A stretch of 64,000 nt of DNA from Felis catus. Lineage: Eukaryota. Every line of letters starts with the position of its first letter. Within the stretch, counting starts at the first letter, position 1. Where the stretch lies: contig NC_058368.1 in the NCBI RefSeq assembly GCF_018350175.1, positions 202,804,001 through 202,868,000 on the forward strand, written 5' to 3'. The position numbers and the translations under genes are program-made. The notes under the pieces are model-generated. The model made no database searches. It was not told where the DNA came from and worked only from the letters and a program-made list of their open reading frames with translations. Shown here piece by piece: positions 25,895 to 37,620 of the stretch.

Positions 25895-26290
25895 CATTTC
25901 CCAGCTATGGTAACTGATTCAAGGGGTAGACAAAGATAGTCAATGTAAGTTCTTTGTCAGAACAATTTTCAACTAGAAAAGAGAGAGACTGTCTTCCTTC
26001 AGTTGTCAGACTGAGAGTATGTGGATACAGAACTTTTTAAAACCATGTGTCCTATTGCATGGAGAAAACCATCTGTAGGAAAAAAAAAATGAGGAAATGA
26101 TAACAAGAGAGAGAGAGAGAGTGAGAAGTCCCTTTTGACAGTCTATTTATCCATGATTCAAGTATCTCCTAAGGCCAAGTCTGCTCCTGTCCCCTTATTG
26201 GAATTTGGTTATAAATCAATAAATTCTCCCGTTTGGTTTCAACTAATTTCAGTTGGGTTTTTGTCACTTTGAAAAAGCCCTCACTCAATA
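25895..26290 (+). mobile_element. Older MaLR LTR fragment (MLT1K-like)
   Basis: caataaattc..tttcagttgggtttttgtcactt MLT1J/K 3' end. Confidence 0.55.
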
Positions 26291-26716
26291 TGTTTAGCCA
26301 CCCAGCGAGTAACAAAATTAAAAGTGATTGAGTCACTGAACAACTCAATACTTCACATACAAAATTAACTATTCAATCAATAAAAATTTGTTTAGAACCC
26401 ACTGTAAATAAGACACTGGGTTAGGGGATGAGAACATGATCCTATTATTAAAGGATTTGTATTCGAGTAGGGAAGACAGACTGGTACACCCATCATTAAG
26501 CTTCACAATCAGGAGACAAGAGGTATCAGAAGTTTCCCTAACTTAATTTTAACTAAGTGAAATCTCAGTTCAGTCTTGAGAGGAAAGCAGAGCTCAGCCC
26601 AATGAAGAGGTCAAAGAAAGCCTTCTAGTGAAGAGATCATGATTATAGCCTTATCTTTGTCAAAATAAATTCATTAATTTGTTTCACCAATTCCTTCCCA
26701 CAGCTATAATTTTATT

Positions 26717-26818
26717 ACTTTATTTTTTAAGTATGCTCTATGCCCAACATGGGGCTTGAAATCACAACCCCAAGATCAAGAGTCTCATGTTCTACCAACT
26801 GAGCCAGCCAGCCACCCC
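26717..26818 (-). mobile_element. Short tRNA-Lys-derived Can-SINE lacking the CT tract
   Basis: Reverse reads GGGGTGGCTGGCTGGCTCAGTTGGTAGAACATGAGACTCTTGATCTTGGGGTTGTGATTTCAAGCCCCATGTTGGGC plus A tail. TSD ta(t/a)aattttatt. Confidence 0.85.
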
Positions 26819-27578
26819 TAAAATTTTATTTTTTCACAAAATAAAATGGTGAATAAAGGAAGAAACAGAGTTAATAATTGTAGATACCTACTATGTATCA
26901 AAAACTACATAAGATACTTTATATAGCATCTCTTTCAAACATATTTTATGAAGAATTTGGATTATCTCATTGTATTTTAGTTGCAACCCTTTGGAACAAG
27001 GGACATATATCTCATCCGATTTCATATGTCATATGGCAAAAATTAGCTTTGGAATAGAAAATTAAGTTTGGATCTTTTTTTCAAATATACTTGAGAGACA
27101 TTAAGTCTGATATGTAATGTATTCATATATATATATATATGTCAGAATATGCTAGATATTCTATTTTCTAGGTATTACATATATTGAAATATAATAGAAT
27201 ATATAAAAGAATTTAGAGATATTTTTTGCCATCAACTGTCCTCATTGACTAGAATTCACTAATTTAAATTTTTTTAATAATTTTAAATTTTAAGTTTATT
27301 TAATTTTAATTTTTATTTTTAACTAAATTTTATATTAAGTTATTATTGATTTAAGATTCTGCACAAATCTGTTTTATATCTGAAACTATAGTTAAGTTCC
27401 TTGTCACTGTTTCCATTAACATACTTGCAGAGAAATATCTTGGAAACATTAGTAAAACTTCATTTAAATATTATTAGATAAATTTGTAATGCAGAAATTA
27501 TTTCTTAAGGTTGAAAGTTCAAGTCTTCTGGTTCTCAGTGGGATCCTTGAGTTTATCTTTATCACGTATTTACTTTTT

Positions 27579-27776
27579 TAAAAATGTTTATTTTATTTTT
27601 GAAAGACCAGAAACAACACGGGTGGGGGAGGGGCAGAGAGAGAGTGGGACAGAATATCTGAAGTGGGATCTGTGCTGACAGCAGACAGCCCAAAGCAGGG
27701 CTTGAACTCATGAACTGTGAGATCATGACCTGAGCCAAAGTCGGACACTTAACCAACTGAGCCACCCAGGTACCCC
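27579..27776 (-). mobile_element. Can-SINE (SINEC)
   Basis: Reverse SINE body. TSD atca(c/t)gtatttacttttt at 27561-27578 and 27777-27794. Confidence 0.95.
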
Positions 27777-27806
27777 ATCATGTATTTACTTTTTAAAACT
27801 TATAAA

Positions 27807-27811
<5 letters not shown>

Positions 27812-27860
<49 letters not shown>

Positions 27861-28173
27861 CTATATATAGAGATCTATATATAGAGATCTATATACATAT
27901 CTATATATATAGATAGATCTATATATATATATAGATCAACAAAGGAAAGATTGATAGTACATGGGAATAGTACAGGCCTTACAGTAATGCCTTACATTAT
28001 ATATAATGCCTTACGATATATATATAAATATATATATCGTTTAGATTATATATAATATATATATAGTTTAGATTATATATAATGCCTTACGATATATATA
28101 TATATATATATATATATATCGTTATATATATGGTTTAGATCAACAAAGGAAAGATTGATAGTACAGGGGAATA
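27812..28173. repeat. Complex (TA)n locus with internal duplications
   Basis: Long TA runs, repeated agatct, taatgccttac and gtttagattatatataat units, and a 30-bp duplicated anchor. Confidence 0.92.
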
Positions 28174-28849
28174 ACAATAACTGAAAGGAAAAAAATATTC
28201 TTTTAAAAAGTAAAAGGAGATGAAACTATGAATGCTGGTAAAGGAACTGACTTTTGAGAAGCCAAATTTTCCATGGTAACAGATGAAAAAACGAAAGAAA
28301 TGATAAGTGCAGTTGTTGCTGCTATTATTGTTGATGCTGTTGTTAATGTCGTAATTGACAACAATGAGGATGAGGATGATGATGATGGTGTCCAGGGTAG
28401 CTTGGAGATGCAGAAGTTTACATGTGATGATTTCTGATGTCACAATGAACTGAGAGGTCAGACCATCATTCCCAAGTGAGGGTGAGGAGGGAAGGCAGAT
28501 TGTTTATGGAGAGAGAAGATACGACATCTTGAAATGTGGAAAGATCTGAAGGTCTGGTCACATTTGAGTGTCTTTCAATTTTTTTTTTAATTACATACTT
28601 CATTAAGATATTTAGCACAGTTGTAGAATTGTTCACAGAAAAATTCAACTACTGCTTGTAGGTATGGAGAAGTCAGAAATGTAAGCTTTTATCTAGAGTT
28701 GGAATTTTTTCCAGGTATGATTGATGCAAGGAGACTGTGGGTCATGTCACTATGACCATCTGGAATTCTGCTGGGGTAAACACCTGGGCATAAACTGGAC
28801 CGATCCTTCTCCTGATATTCAAGAGACTATATAATTTCTGTTGGGTATA

Positions 28850-29126
28850 CAGTAGGATAAATGCCACGTGATTCCACTTATAGGGAGTATCTAAAATTGT
28901 CAGACTCATGGGGGCAGGAGATGGAGTGGTAGTTGCCGGGAGCTGAGAGGAGGAGGTGGGAAGTTGTTTAATGAGCATAAAATTTCAGCTCTGCAAAAGT
29001 AATGAGTTCTAGAGATCTGCTGCACAACTTAGGATCTATCGTTTAATGGTGTGGTATTGTGCACAATAGTGCACATGCACAATTGTGCATATGTTAAGAA
29101 GACAGTTCTCCTCTTAAGTGTTCTTA

Positions 29127-29163
<37 letters not shown>

Positions 29164-29336
29164 ACAACACAACACACAAAAGAACATAAGAGGATTTTGA
29201 GAGGTGAATGATATATTTATTATGAAGTTGGTATCATGGGGGTATGCATATGTTCAAACTAATCTAAAGGTGCACATTAAACGTATAACTTCTTGTGTAT
29301 TGATTATATCTTAATAAAACTAAAAAAATTAAAAAG
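28850..29336 (+). mobile_element. Old L1 3' end (L1MA/L1MB class) with internal (CA)n
   Basis: tgattccacttata..gttctagagatctgctgcac..ttaagtgttcttatcac..ttatatcttaataaa. Confidence 0.8.
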
Positions 29337-31560
29337 CAACATGAAGTTGAAGAATGACTAGTCATTTATTTAATAAAGCAAAGAAAGTGCATGAGCAGAG
29401 AGAATAAAGGCATGTGCGTATGTACAGAGCATAAACTGGAGAGTGTGCCGTCTTGACTTGCTAGAGCCAAAATTTAGTACCCTGTGAATCCTTTGTTGTT
29501 GCCATTTTGCTCTGTGAGACACAGATTCGTCCTAATAAACTCACCTTTAGTTTTCTACGCTGCATTGAATGGATTCTGTTACTTGGAATCAAATAATCCC
29601 TAACTAAGACACTTTGGAAACCATTCAAATAAGAATAGACTGTATTCTCTTTCACCTTGTATTACTTGATGAATCCCCTCAATATTTTTATTGCCTTTTG
29701 GGGCAAGTCTAGTCTCCAGACTATATTAGTCTGTTCTGTCAAGATCTTCTAATTTTTGAACTTCAACAACTAAACATAAGATTAATAGAAACAGAATGTT
29801 TGTATGGTTGCCGATGAGGCTCACTGTTTAGTAACTAATAGAGGTGTATGTCCAGAACAAAGGTAATGCTACCTTTAGCATATTGTTTTCTGCTCCAACT
29901 AAGAGAGTGGAGCAACCAGGAGTGGTGTATTTTCCATTAAATGTAAACTCTTCTAGATCAGCAAGATTTTTCATTCTTTTTCATCAGCTTTCCCAGTGTC
30001 TAGAGAATAAGTGCTCAATAAATATTTGCTGAAATATTGAAAACCATATTATATTTAAAAGGCTTGCCTTAACTAAGACCGTCTCACTTGGAGACTTGGA
30101 CAAATGTGGAGAGCTTTCTGTCCTTAAGTATCTGAAAAACAGGCTTACTCCCATTAGCTCAAGAGGGCAGAATTATAAACTCAAATACTCAGTCTTTAAC
30201 TTTCTGTAATCCTCCCACACTCAGGTATCTAGTAATGTTCTTTGTCTCATTAGGAATTCAATCTTTATACAAAGCTTGTGTAACTATATCTGAACATATG
30301 CCCCTACCTTATGCCCATCAAGTGTTGTCTTGAAATAAAACTAATGAGAAAAAAAGCAGGTCTTCCCTTCACCCCACAAATACTGCTCTAACTGAACCCT
30401 GTTTTTTGTTATACTCCTCCCCCCATGATAGCTAAGCTGGCAATTTTAAACCTAATCACTTTCACCCAATCTGTGTAAACCCGTGATGGATTTCCAGTCA
30501 AGTTGATTATCTGGTGAACACCTGCTAGCATAATTAGAGGTAGACTATGATGTTTTGCTCACTTGCTAAACTAAAAATAGTTTAAACCAAGTGTGACTTC
30601 AGTGTTTCAACAATCAGATATCTTGGGTATTTTGAGTATCACACTCAAATTTAATTGTGGAATCATTTTTTCCCTTATGCTTTAGGTCAGTGATTCTGTA
30701 GGACCTAGGTATGGTCTGGAAATCTACATTTTCAACAAACATTCAAAGTAGAGTAGGCAGGTGGTAGACAATACTTTGAGAAATAATGCCTTAAGGAAAG
30801 AAGAAAATGGAAATGGGTTTTGGATATTGATTCACTAAAATTATGCATTTTCATTTGAGTTAAAGTTTCTAGGCTTAATTATGCCCTACAGAAAAGCCAA
30901 TAAAAATTCTATTGACATTTCTAGGTTAATCCTTTAATGTTATAATAGGCAGAAATTCCATATTATTTAAGATCTACTTCCATGCAATCACAAATTATTT
31001 AAAGTTTCCTTCCATTCAACTTTAGCTATAGAATCTATAAATAGAACTTCTATATATATTTCCAGTCACAATTTCAAATCATGCCTGGCAGAACCTTTCC
31101 TTATTGGACACAACCCACAACTTTAAACTTGAAGTATTCTTTAGATGTTTGAGAAAGAAATCAGAAGCCATGCAGAAATATTTGTTCTGCACTCCTCCAA
31201 TAGTTTCTTCTCTTTTCATTCTTGGATCTCCAATCTTCTCCTCTGTGCTGGTGAAAGCTCTTGAACTAGCTCCATTTTCTCTTCTCTATGTGCTTAGCGT
31301 GTTTCCTTGCCTCATTCTCTAACTTCCCTCATATCACGAGCTCCCATATTCCTATCTTCACTGTTGGAAAGACCTTAATTTTTTTTCAGAGTGATTCCCT
31401 TAATCAACCTGAAAACCTGCAGGTTTGACGACCTGCCAAATTCATGCTTAAAGATGAATGAATATTCCATTCTGAAGAACTAAAAGGAGCTACTTTATGA
31501 GTCTACAATGGTGCAAAATAACCATATGAAGAGATATGTTGAAACCACCTACAAAGTAAA

Positions 31561-31565
<5 letters not shown>

Positions 31566-31608
<43 letters not shown>

Positions 31609-31610
31609 AC
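31566..31610. repeat. (TG)n(CG)n alternating purine-pyrimidine tract
   Basis: Directly visible. Confidence 0.95.
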
Positions 31611-32004
31611 GAGGCGGGGGGAGTGGGGGGATTGTAAGAGAGAAAATGAGTCAGCAAATAGGTAAACCCAGAACGGAGTTAATTAAGCTAACTCTGAACC
31701 ACAAGGTAGAAGATATTACATTAATGGGACAACTAGAAAATATATGGAGAGCTGGACATTAAAAGGAACCTGAAGTGTGCAGTGAGCTGTAAACTCAAGA
31801 GAGTGAGAAATTGACATAATTTTGTCTTAGTGACTCAGGAGAATGAGGACACATTATTTTTTCTAAGTCTCTCATGGACCAGGGAATAAGAAAATATTTG
31901 TAAAAGGGACATGTTTATTGTTGTTTTTACTCATGGTTGCCATTGGCATTTAAGAAAATAATCTTTAACCCTTCCATCCACTGTGTAAGGTAATTACAGT
32001 GCTC

Positions 32005-32348
32005 TGTTAAATTCATTAAAGAAGCCATTAGACCGGGGTTGTTCTGATACCTTAGCAGCCTAAAGCACACTGAAACCTAAGCCTATAAATGCCTCAAGGT
32101 TGAGAACTAAAAACCTAAGGACAAGTGATAACAGACAACTAGGCTTTTTCAAATAAGGCCGACCCTTAGCTGTAGCCAATCAAATAATTTCCTTGCTTTC
32201 TTCTGCCTTTTCTGTATGAAAATGTTCCCATTAGCTCCTGTCCGTGGAGTGCCCCTAACTGCTTCCAGTTTGGTACTACCACATTCATATAGGTTTTTGC
32301 CCTGATAAACTCTTAAGATTTTTAATATATCTAAGTTAATCCTTTACA
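32005..32348 (+). mobile_element. ERV1-class solo LTR (MER57/LTR8-like layout) interrupting a MIR
   Basis: TG...CA ends (tgttaaatt ... cctttaca), with caaataaggc, agctgtagccaatc and taaactcttaa motifs. Reverse MIR sequence resumes after it (ggaagctgagactc..gaagtta..ccaagatcgca). Confidence 0.6.
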
Positions 32349-33129
32349 AACAAGGAAGCTGAGACTCTGGGAAGTTACACAATATATCCAAGATCGCATG
32401 GCTGCATATATACAAGTAATTTGAATTTGAATATTTAAACTAAAATTCATGTTTCTTTCTTTCTTCCAAAGAGAGAAGTAGAGTAAGAACCACAAATTTA
32501 CAAGGCCTGAAAAAGAATTTACAACTTTGGAAATACATGAACTGTATTATCTAAGATTCATGGGTTCATTCAGAATTACTTCAGCAGCTTTAAGCACTCC
32601 TATGAGTGCTATAAGTTCTGGAGAAATAGCAGTGGCCAAGACAGATAAAAGATTGACAATAAACACACCATGTGTTCTAATTTGCTTACTTGTATCTGGT
32701 CCTATTTTGGTTTGCTTCAATTCCAACGAAGACAGTGACGTAAAATACACCATGCCTGACGAAGAGAATAGAAGGTAATAGAAATGAAAGTACTAAGACT
32801 TAGAAATGTAGCCCAAAGTCAAACCTCCCCTCTGCCTGGATTGGTAGTAACAAAGATAACTGGTGACAATAAGGAGACTTGGGATATCAGCAAGAAGAGA
32901 TTTTCACTTCACTGTTCCATTACACCAGGATCAAAAAAGGAAAAGGCTATAAATAGTAAACAGTGGAGTTGTAGAAATTTGCATTGAGCCCACCTACTCT
33001 GAATCCTTTGTACTGCTAGGCAAAATAAAAATAAATAAATGTTTAGAACTCTCCAAGGAACTAAAAACTAGTATGACAAAACAGCAGAAATGGGAGTGAG
33101 GGTTTATGATCTTATATTTAGTTTTACCC

Positions 33130-33972
33130 ATTATTCCCACCCCCCTTATTGCTTCATTTTGGATTGAGTCTTTATCTTTTATCTGTTGACTTACTAGCTC
33201 TAACTTGTTGCCTTACCTAAGTGGTTGCTTTAGGGTTTTATGATATATATTCATCTCATCACGTTCACTTCAAGTTATACTATTTCACTTACAGTAGGAG
33301 AATCTTATTCTTCCATTTTTCCCTTCTAGGTCTTCATGTTCTTACTATTTATATTTAACTTCCATATATAAACCTCCCACACACTGCTGTTGTTTTTACT
33401 TTAAATAGTTGACTATGCAGGAGATAAGAGAAAAAAATTACAATTAATCATGTATTAAGAACTTCTAGTGTTCCTCATACCTTTATGTAGATCCATGTTT
33501 CCATTTGATAGCATTCTCTCTGCCTTGTGTGAGCTTCGAGCCATATTCCCTTTAATCCTTTCAGTCATGTCTTTCCTCATCCTGGAATGGTTTCCTCATC
33601 TGTACTTGCTGATCTGTTTTCAGCTGAGTCCTTGAGGGTGACCCTGTGCAGCTGTCTGGAGTTGTCTTTGTGTGCATCTTGCTTCTCTCAATACTCCTTC
33701 CTGCACCTTCTAGCTACCTTCTTTTCCCCAGTCACAGTTCTGTCACCTCAAGTGAAGAAGTCCACCTGGCTTTGCCTGGAATCACCTTCCGGAGAAATTA
33801 CAGGTCTCGCCTTGTTTGTTTTTCATTTCTTAGTGGTCACTGTCCTTTGTCGCCTGTTGTTCAATGGCTTGAATGTAGTTTCTTTCATATAGTTTATACA
33901 ATATTTGAGTTGTTTCAGGTGAGCAGATACATTTGGTACTTGATACTCCATCTTGAGCTGAAGCAGAAGTCC
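33130..33972 (-). mobile_element. Old L1M 5'-end and inter-ORF fragments
   Basis: Ends in actccatcttgagctgaagcagaagtcc (reverse L1MC/MD/ME 5' terminus). The upstream part resembles old L1 inter-ORF sequence. Confidence 0.65.
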
Positions 33973-34006
33973 AAAACTTGATTATTTTATTTCACAGCTC
34001 TCAAGG

Positions 34007-34057
34007 GGGCCAGTGGTGCAATGGATAATGTTCCTGACCTCGGATCAGAAGATTCTA
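34007..34057 (+). pseudogene. 3'-truncated (tailless) tRNA-Arg(ACG) retropseudogene
   Basis: GGGCCAGTGGTGCAATGGATAATGTTCCTGACCTCGGATCAGAAGATTCTA matches the first 51 nt of vertebrate tRNA-Arg-ACG as I recall it (GGGCCAGTGGCGCAATGGATAACGCGTCTGACTACGGATCAGAAGATTCTA) at 44/51. Flanked by the direct repeat tatttcaca(g/a)ctctca, with no poly-A. Confidence 0.9.
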
Positions 34058-34071
34058 TTTCACAACTCTCA

Positions 34072-34298
34072 TATAGTGTTTACTATGTCAATAACTGTTT
34101 TATGTGTTTTACAAATACTAATTTATATAATTCTCATAACATCCCCATGAGGTAGCTCTACTACTGCTACCCTCCATTTGACGGATGAGCAAACCAAGGC
34201 ACCTAGAAGATAAGGAACCCATTTAAGTTCATGTTGATAAATGAGGCAACAGATTTTAACTACCAAGCAACACTGGCTTACAGAGAACAGCCACTGCA
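34072..34298 (-). mobile_element. MIR SINE
   Basis: ctcataacatccccatgaggtag..ccatttgacggatgagcaaaccaaggc reverse MIR core. Confidence 0.75.
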
Positions 34299-34610
34299 AT
34301 TCATTTCAAAGACACCGGCCTTCCTAGTTTAATCAAGGTACTTCTCAGGGTCATGATCAGAAGGGGGAGACAAGAGTTATGCATAACTCTATTTTAGCAT
34401 CGAAGTTTCTACATCCCTATTTCCACAATATACCAAGGACTTCTGGCATTTTAAATTCATTTAGGTTAGGTCACTACAGAGCCCAGGTTTCAGTCAATCA
34501 ATCAAGGTGACAATTTAGAAATACTTTAAGCTGTTTAACTGAGAACATTCAATCTAGAATCTGATAATATTTTAACAAACCACAACCCACTCTAAAAGTG
34601 TACACTTCTT

Positions 34611-34823
34611 GGGGCGCCTGGGTGGCGCAGTCGGTTAAGCGTCCGACTTCAGCCAGGTCACAATCTCGCGGTCCGTGAGTTCGAGCCCCGCGTCAGGCTC
34701 TGGGCTGATGGCTCGGAGCCTGGAGCCTGTTTCCGATTCTGTGTCCGCCTCTCTCTCTGCCCCTCCCCCGTTCATGCTCTGTCTCTCTCTGTCCTAAAAA
34801 TAAACGTTGAAAAAAAAAAAAAA
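34611..34823 (+). mobile_element. Young SINEC_Fc-type Can-SINE, no TSD
   Basis: Near-consensus body with CpGs intact and an A14 tail. The flanks do not match each other. Confidence 0.97.
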
Positions 34824-35276
34824 CCAACAACCAGGGAGCCTGTAAACTCAACTGACATTATAACAAGGTAACCTGAGCAATCAAACTTTGTACTTGGATT
34901 TAAGATACCTCATTCCTCTAGTTTCAAATGACATAAAAAAATATCTTTAACACATTTTATAGAAACTCATTCAGTTCTTAAACTATGCCTTCTGCCAAAA
35001 TTGAGGAAAGTTTCCGGGTTCTTCTATTTCATTAAGCTTTGCAGAGCAATTAGAAGAAGCCAGACTATCTCAGATATCCTGATTTTGTCATTTATTCTTT
35101 TAGGCATGCATTTCTAGGTCACCTTAAAGCTTTATGTTCAACGGGCATTTAATTCCAGAAAACCATGGGTGATAATGTAACCAACTTTGCCCCTAAAGAT
35201 CATGGACCTCCAGAGACCTTCCCTTTTTACTATCTTCAGCCCTAACTGAACCAGGTAACAAATCTGGGATTCACAC

Positions 35277-35899
35277 TGTGGTAGGTAGAACAGCCCCGAA
35301 GCTGTCCACACAATAATCCCTGTATCCTGTGAATATGTTATGTCATGTGGCAAAAGAGACTTTGCAGATGTAATTAAAGTTATAGACCTTAAAATAGACA
35401 GTTAACCTAGACTAACCAGGGGGCTTAGTATATAGGAGCTTTTAAAAACAGAACTTTCTCCAGCTCGAATAAGACAAATTCAGAAGAAGTTGGAGAGAAG
35501 TGAAGCGCAAGAGGGAATTGGCCCATTGTTGCTATGTGGAGACCACAAGTACAGCAAGAGAAGAAGTGCAGGCAGCCCCTATCCCCTATGAACAAAGACC
35601 AGTCTCCAGTAGACAGTTAGCAAAGAAACAGGGACCTCAGTCCCATGACTTCAAGGAACTGAATTCAGTCAATAACCTGAATCAGCTTGGAAGGAGTTTT
35701 ATTCCCAGAGCCTCCAGAAAGAAACACAACCCTGACAATGAAATCTACCTTGATTTCCACTCTGTGAAACTCCAAAGAAGTCCCAGCTGAGCCATGCTAT
35801 ACCAGGACTTCTGACTTTCTGAACCGTGACATAATGAATCGATGTTTTAGGTTGCTAAATTTCTTGCAATTTGTTACAGCAGCCACAGAAAACTAATAA
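35277..35899 (+). mobile_element. MaLR solo LTR (MLT1D/MLT1E2-like)
   Basis: tgtggtagg start, ggcaaaagagactttgcagatgtaattaaagtt, aaggaactgaattc and tttgttacagcagccacagaaaactaata end. Confidence 0.85.
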
Positions 35900-35984
35900 C
35901 CCATCATTTTTCTGAAAATGTGTGCCTGAAACTAGAACTTATTCCAATCCCTATATCTATCTGAATTCTTAATATACTTAATGG

Positions 35985-36545
35985 ACACCTATTCAGTCTG
36001 AATTTAGTCAATTATTAATATGGGTTTTTAAAAGAGATTTTAAGTCGCTCACAATACCAAGAGGAAGGAAGAAGAAACAGTTCAGAAAATAAGAAGGGAC
36101 AAAAGTTAAATATGAGTTCCTTGGCCAAAAGCATGACTAAGAACTAATGAGATGAAGAAATCACCATCCCTCCCATGGAACAGTATGATTTGCACCACCA
36201 ATTCTTCCAGTTCTAGACACTAGGTAACAGTCTTAACCACTGGCCTCATTGCCCCTAGCGACTGCTTGCAAGTGCTGCTATTACCATCCTTAGAAATTGA
36301 TCTCCATTGTCACGCTTTTATGTCATGATTGCCTTTTAATTCAACATCTGGAAACGAATGAAATTGAACGGCGATACCTAGCGTACGTGCATATCCTGAG
36401 CTGCTTACAGATGGAAAAGTGACATGTTATTCTTGGGCGTTATAAAAAGAGATGAGCTCTGCCAACTACCATGTAGTTGGGAGTACTGCAAAAGTAGAGA
36501 AAGGGAGCGCTTTCAAAGGATGGGCAAGCAAATGTTCAATGCACC
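35985..36545 (-). mobile_element. Possible very old MaLR LTR (MLT1M/N-like)
   Basis: Weak motif resemblance only. Confidence 0.3.
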
Positions 36546-37055
36546 CCAATTATTCAGTTCACTTGCCTACAACTTTGGCAAGCCTTAGCTTAAGTTCCTT
36601 CAGATCCCTGCTACAAGTTTCGGAGTCTTTCTTCAACATTTTAAATTGTCTGAGGCCTCAGCTCTCATAGACTATATGCTGAGACTGTTGGGTTAAAATC
36701 TGAATTTGTCCTTTTCCCCAGGAAAATGGTTATATCATTAGAACAGAGATTATAGAAGCATAACAGTGGAACAAACAATAATGTTCTCTTTTAATCTCAA
36801 GTGAGGTGACCTTAGCTATGTCTCTATTTAGGCTTTTAACATTTGTTTCATCAAGAGTAGAAATGGTAATGAGCTTACCTCAAATGGGTATTGATTAGTT
36901 AATGTGATATTATAAAGCTATTTAGAGCAACTTCTGAGGAGCTAAATATGGATGCAAGATAAATTGTGAGCAGGTGGTGGACAGGGAAAAATGTATGAAT
37001 TGTGAGTGTAAAATTAGGTCTTATTACCAGATACTGCCTTTTGAAGCACTATTTG

Positions 37056-37415
37056 TGTTATGGACTGAATGTCTCTGTCTTCCCAACATTCATAGGTTGA
37101 AATCCTAACCACCAAGGTGATAGTATTAGGAGGTGGGGCCTTTGGGAAGTGATCAGGGCATGGGGGTTAAGTCCTCATGAATGACTGGTGCCTTGCAAAA
37201 GAGACCCCAGAAATGCCTCTTTCTTCTACCACCACTGAGGCTCCAATGAGAAGTTGGCAGCCTCAGCCCAGAAGGGACCCCCACCAGATCCTGACCATTT
37301 TGGAACGTTGCTTTCATACTTCCCAGCTTCCAGAACTGTGAAAAATCAATTTCTGTTGTTTATAAGCAGCTCAGTTTATGGTACTTTGTTATAACAGCCC
37401 AAACTGACTAAAACA
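37056..37415 (+). mobile_element. MLT1A/MLT1A0 MaLR solo LTR
   Basis: tgttatggactgaatgt ... tttgttataacagcccaaactgactaaaaca, with 5-bp TSD atttg/atatg. Confidence 0.9.
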
Positions 37416-37502
37416 ATATGCTAACAAATCTAAGGAACATAGCAAACAAGGTAAAAGTGTGTTGCTGTGACATTATTTAGGCCCTCTTAAGGACAAAATA
37501 AA

Positions 37503-37620
37503 TATATATGAATATGTATATGTATATGTATGTCTATACCTATGTCATCCCTATCTCTATCTCTGTGTCTATCTGTATCTGTATCTCTATCTCTATCTCT
37601 ATGATCTATCTATCTAATCT
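37503..37620. repeat. Compound (TATATG)/(ATCTCT) simple repeat
   Basis: Directly visible. Confidence 0.85.

Noticed and set aside
32527..32987. Two consecutive ORFs on the + strand
   Set aside because: They partly overlap an L2-like fragment and match no product I recognise. Operon-style reading does not apply to mammalian DNA.
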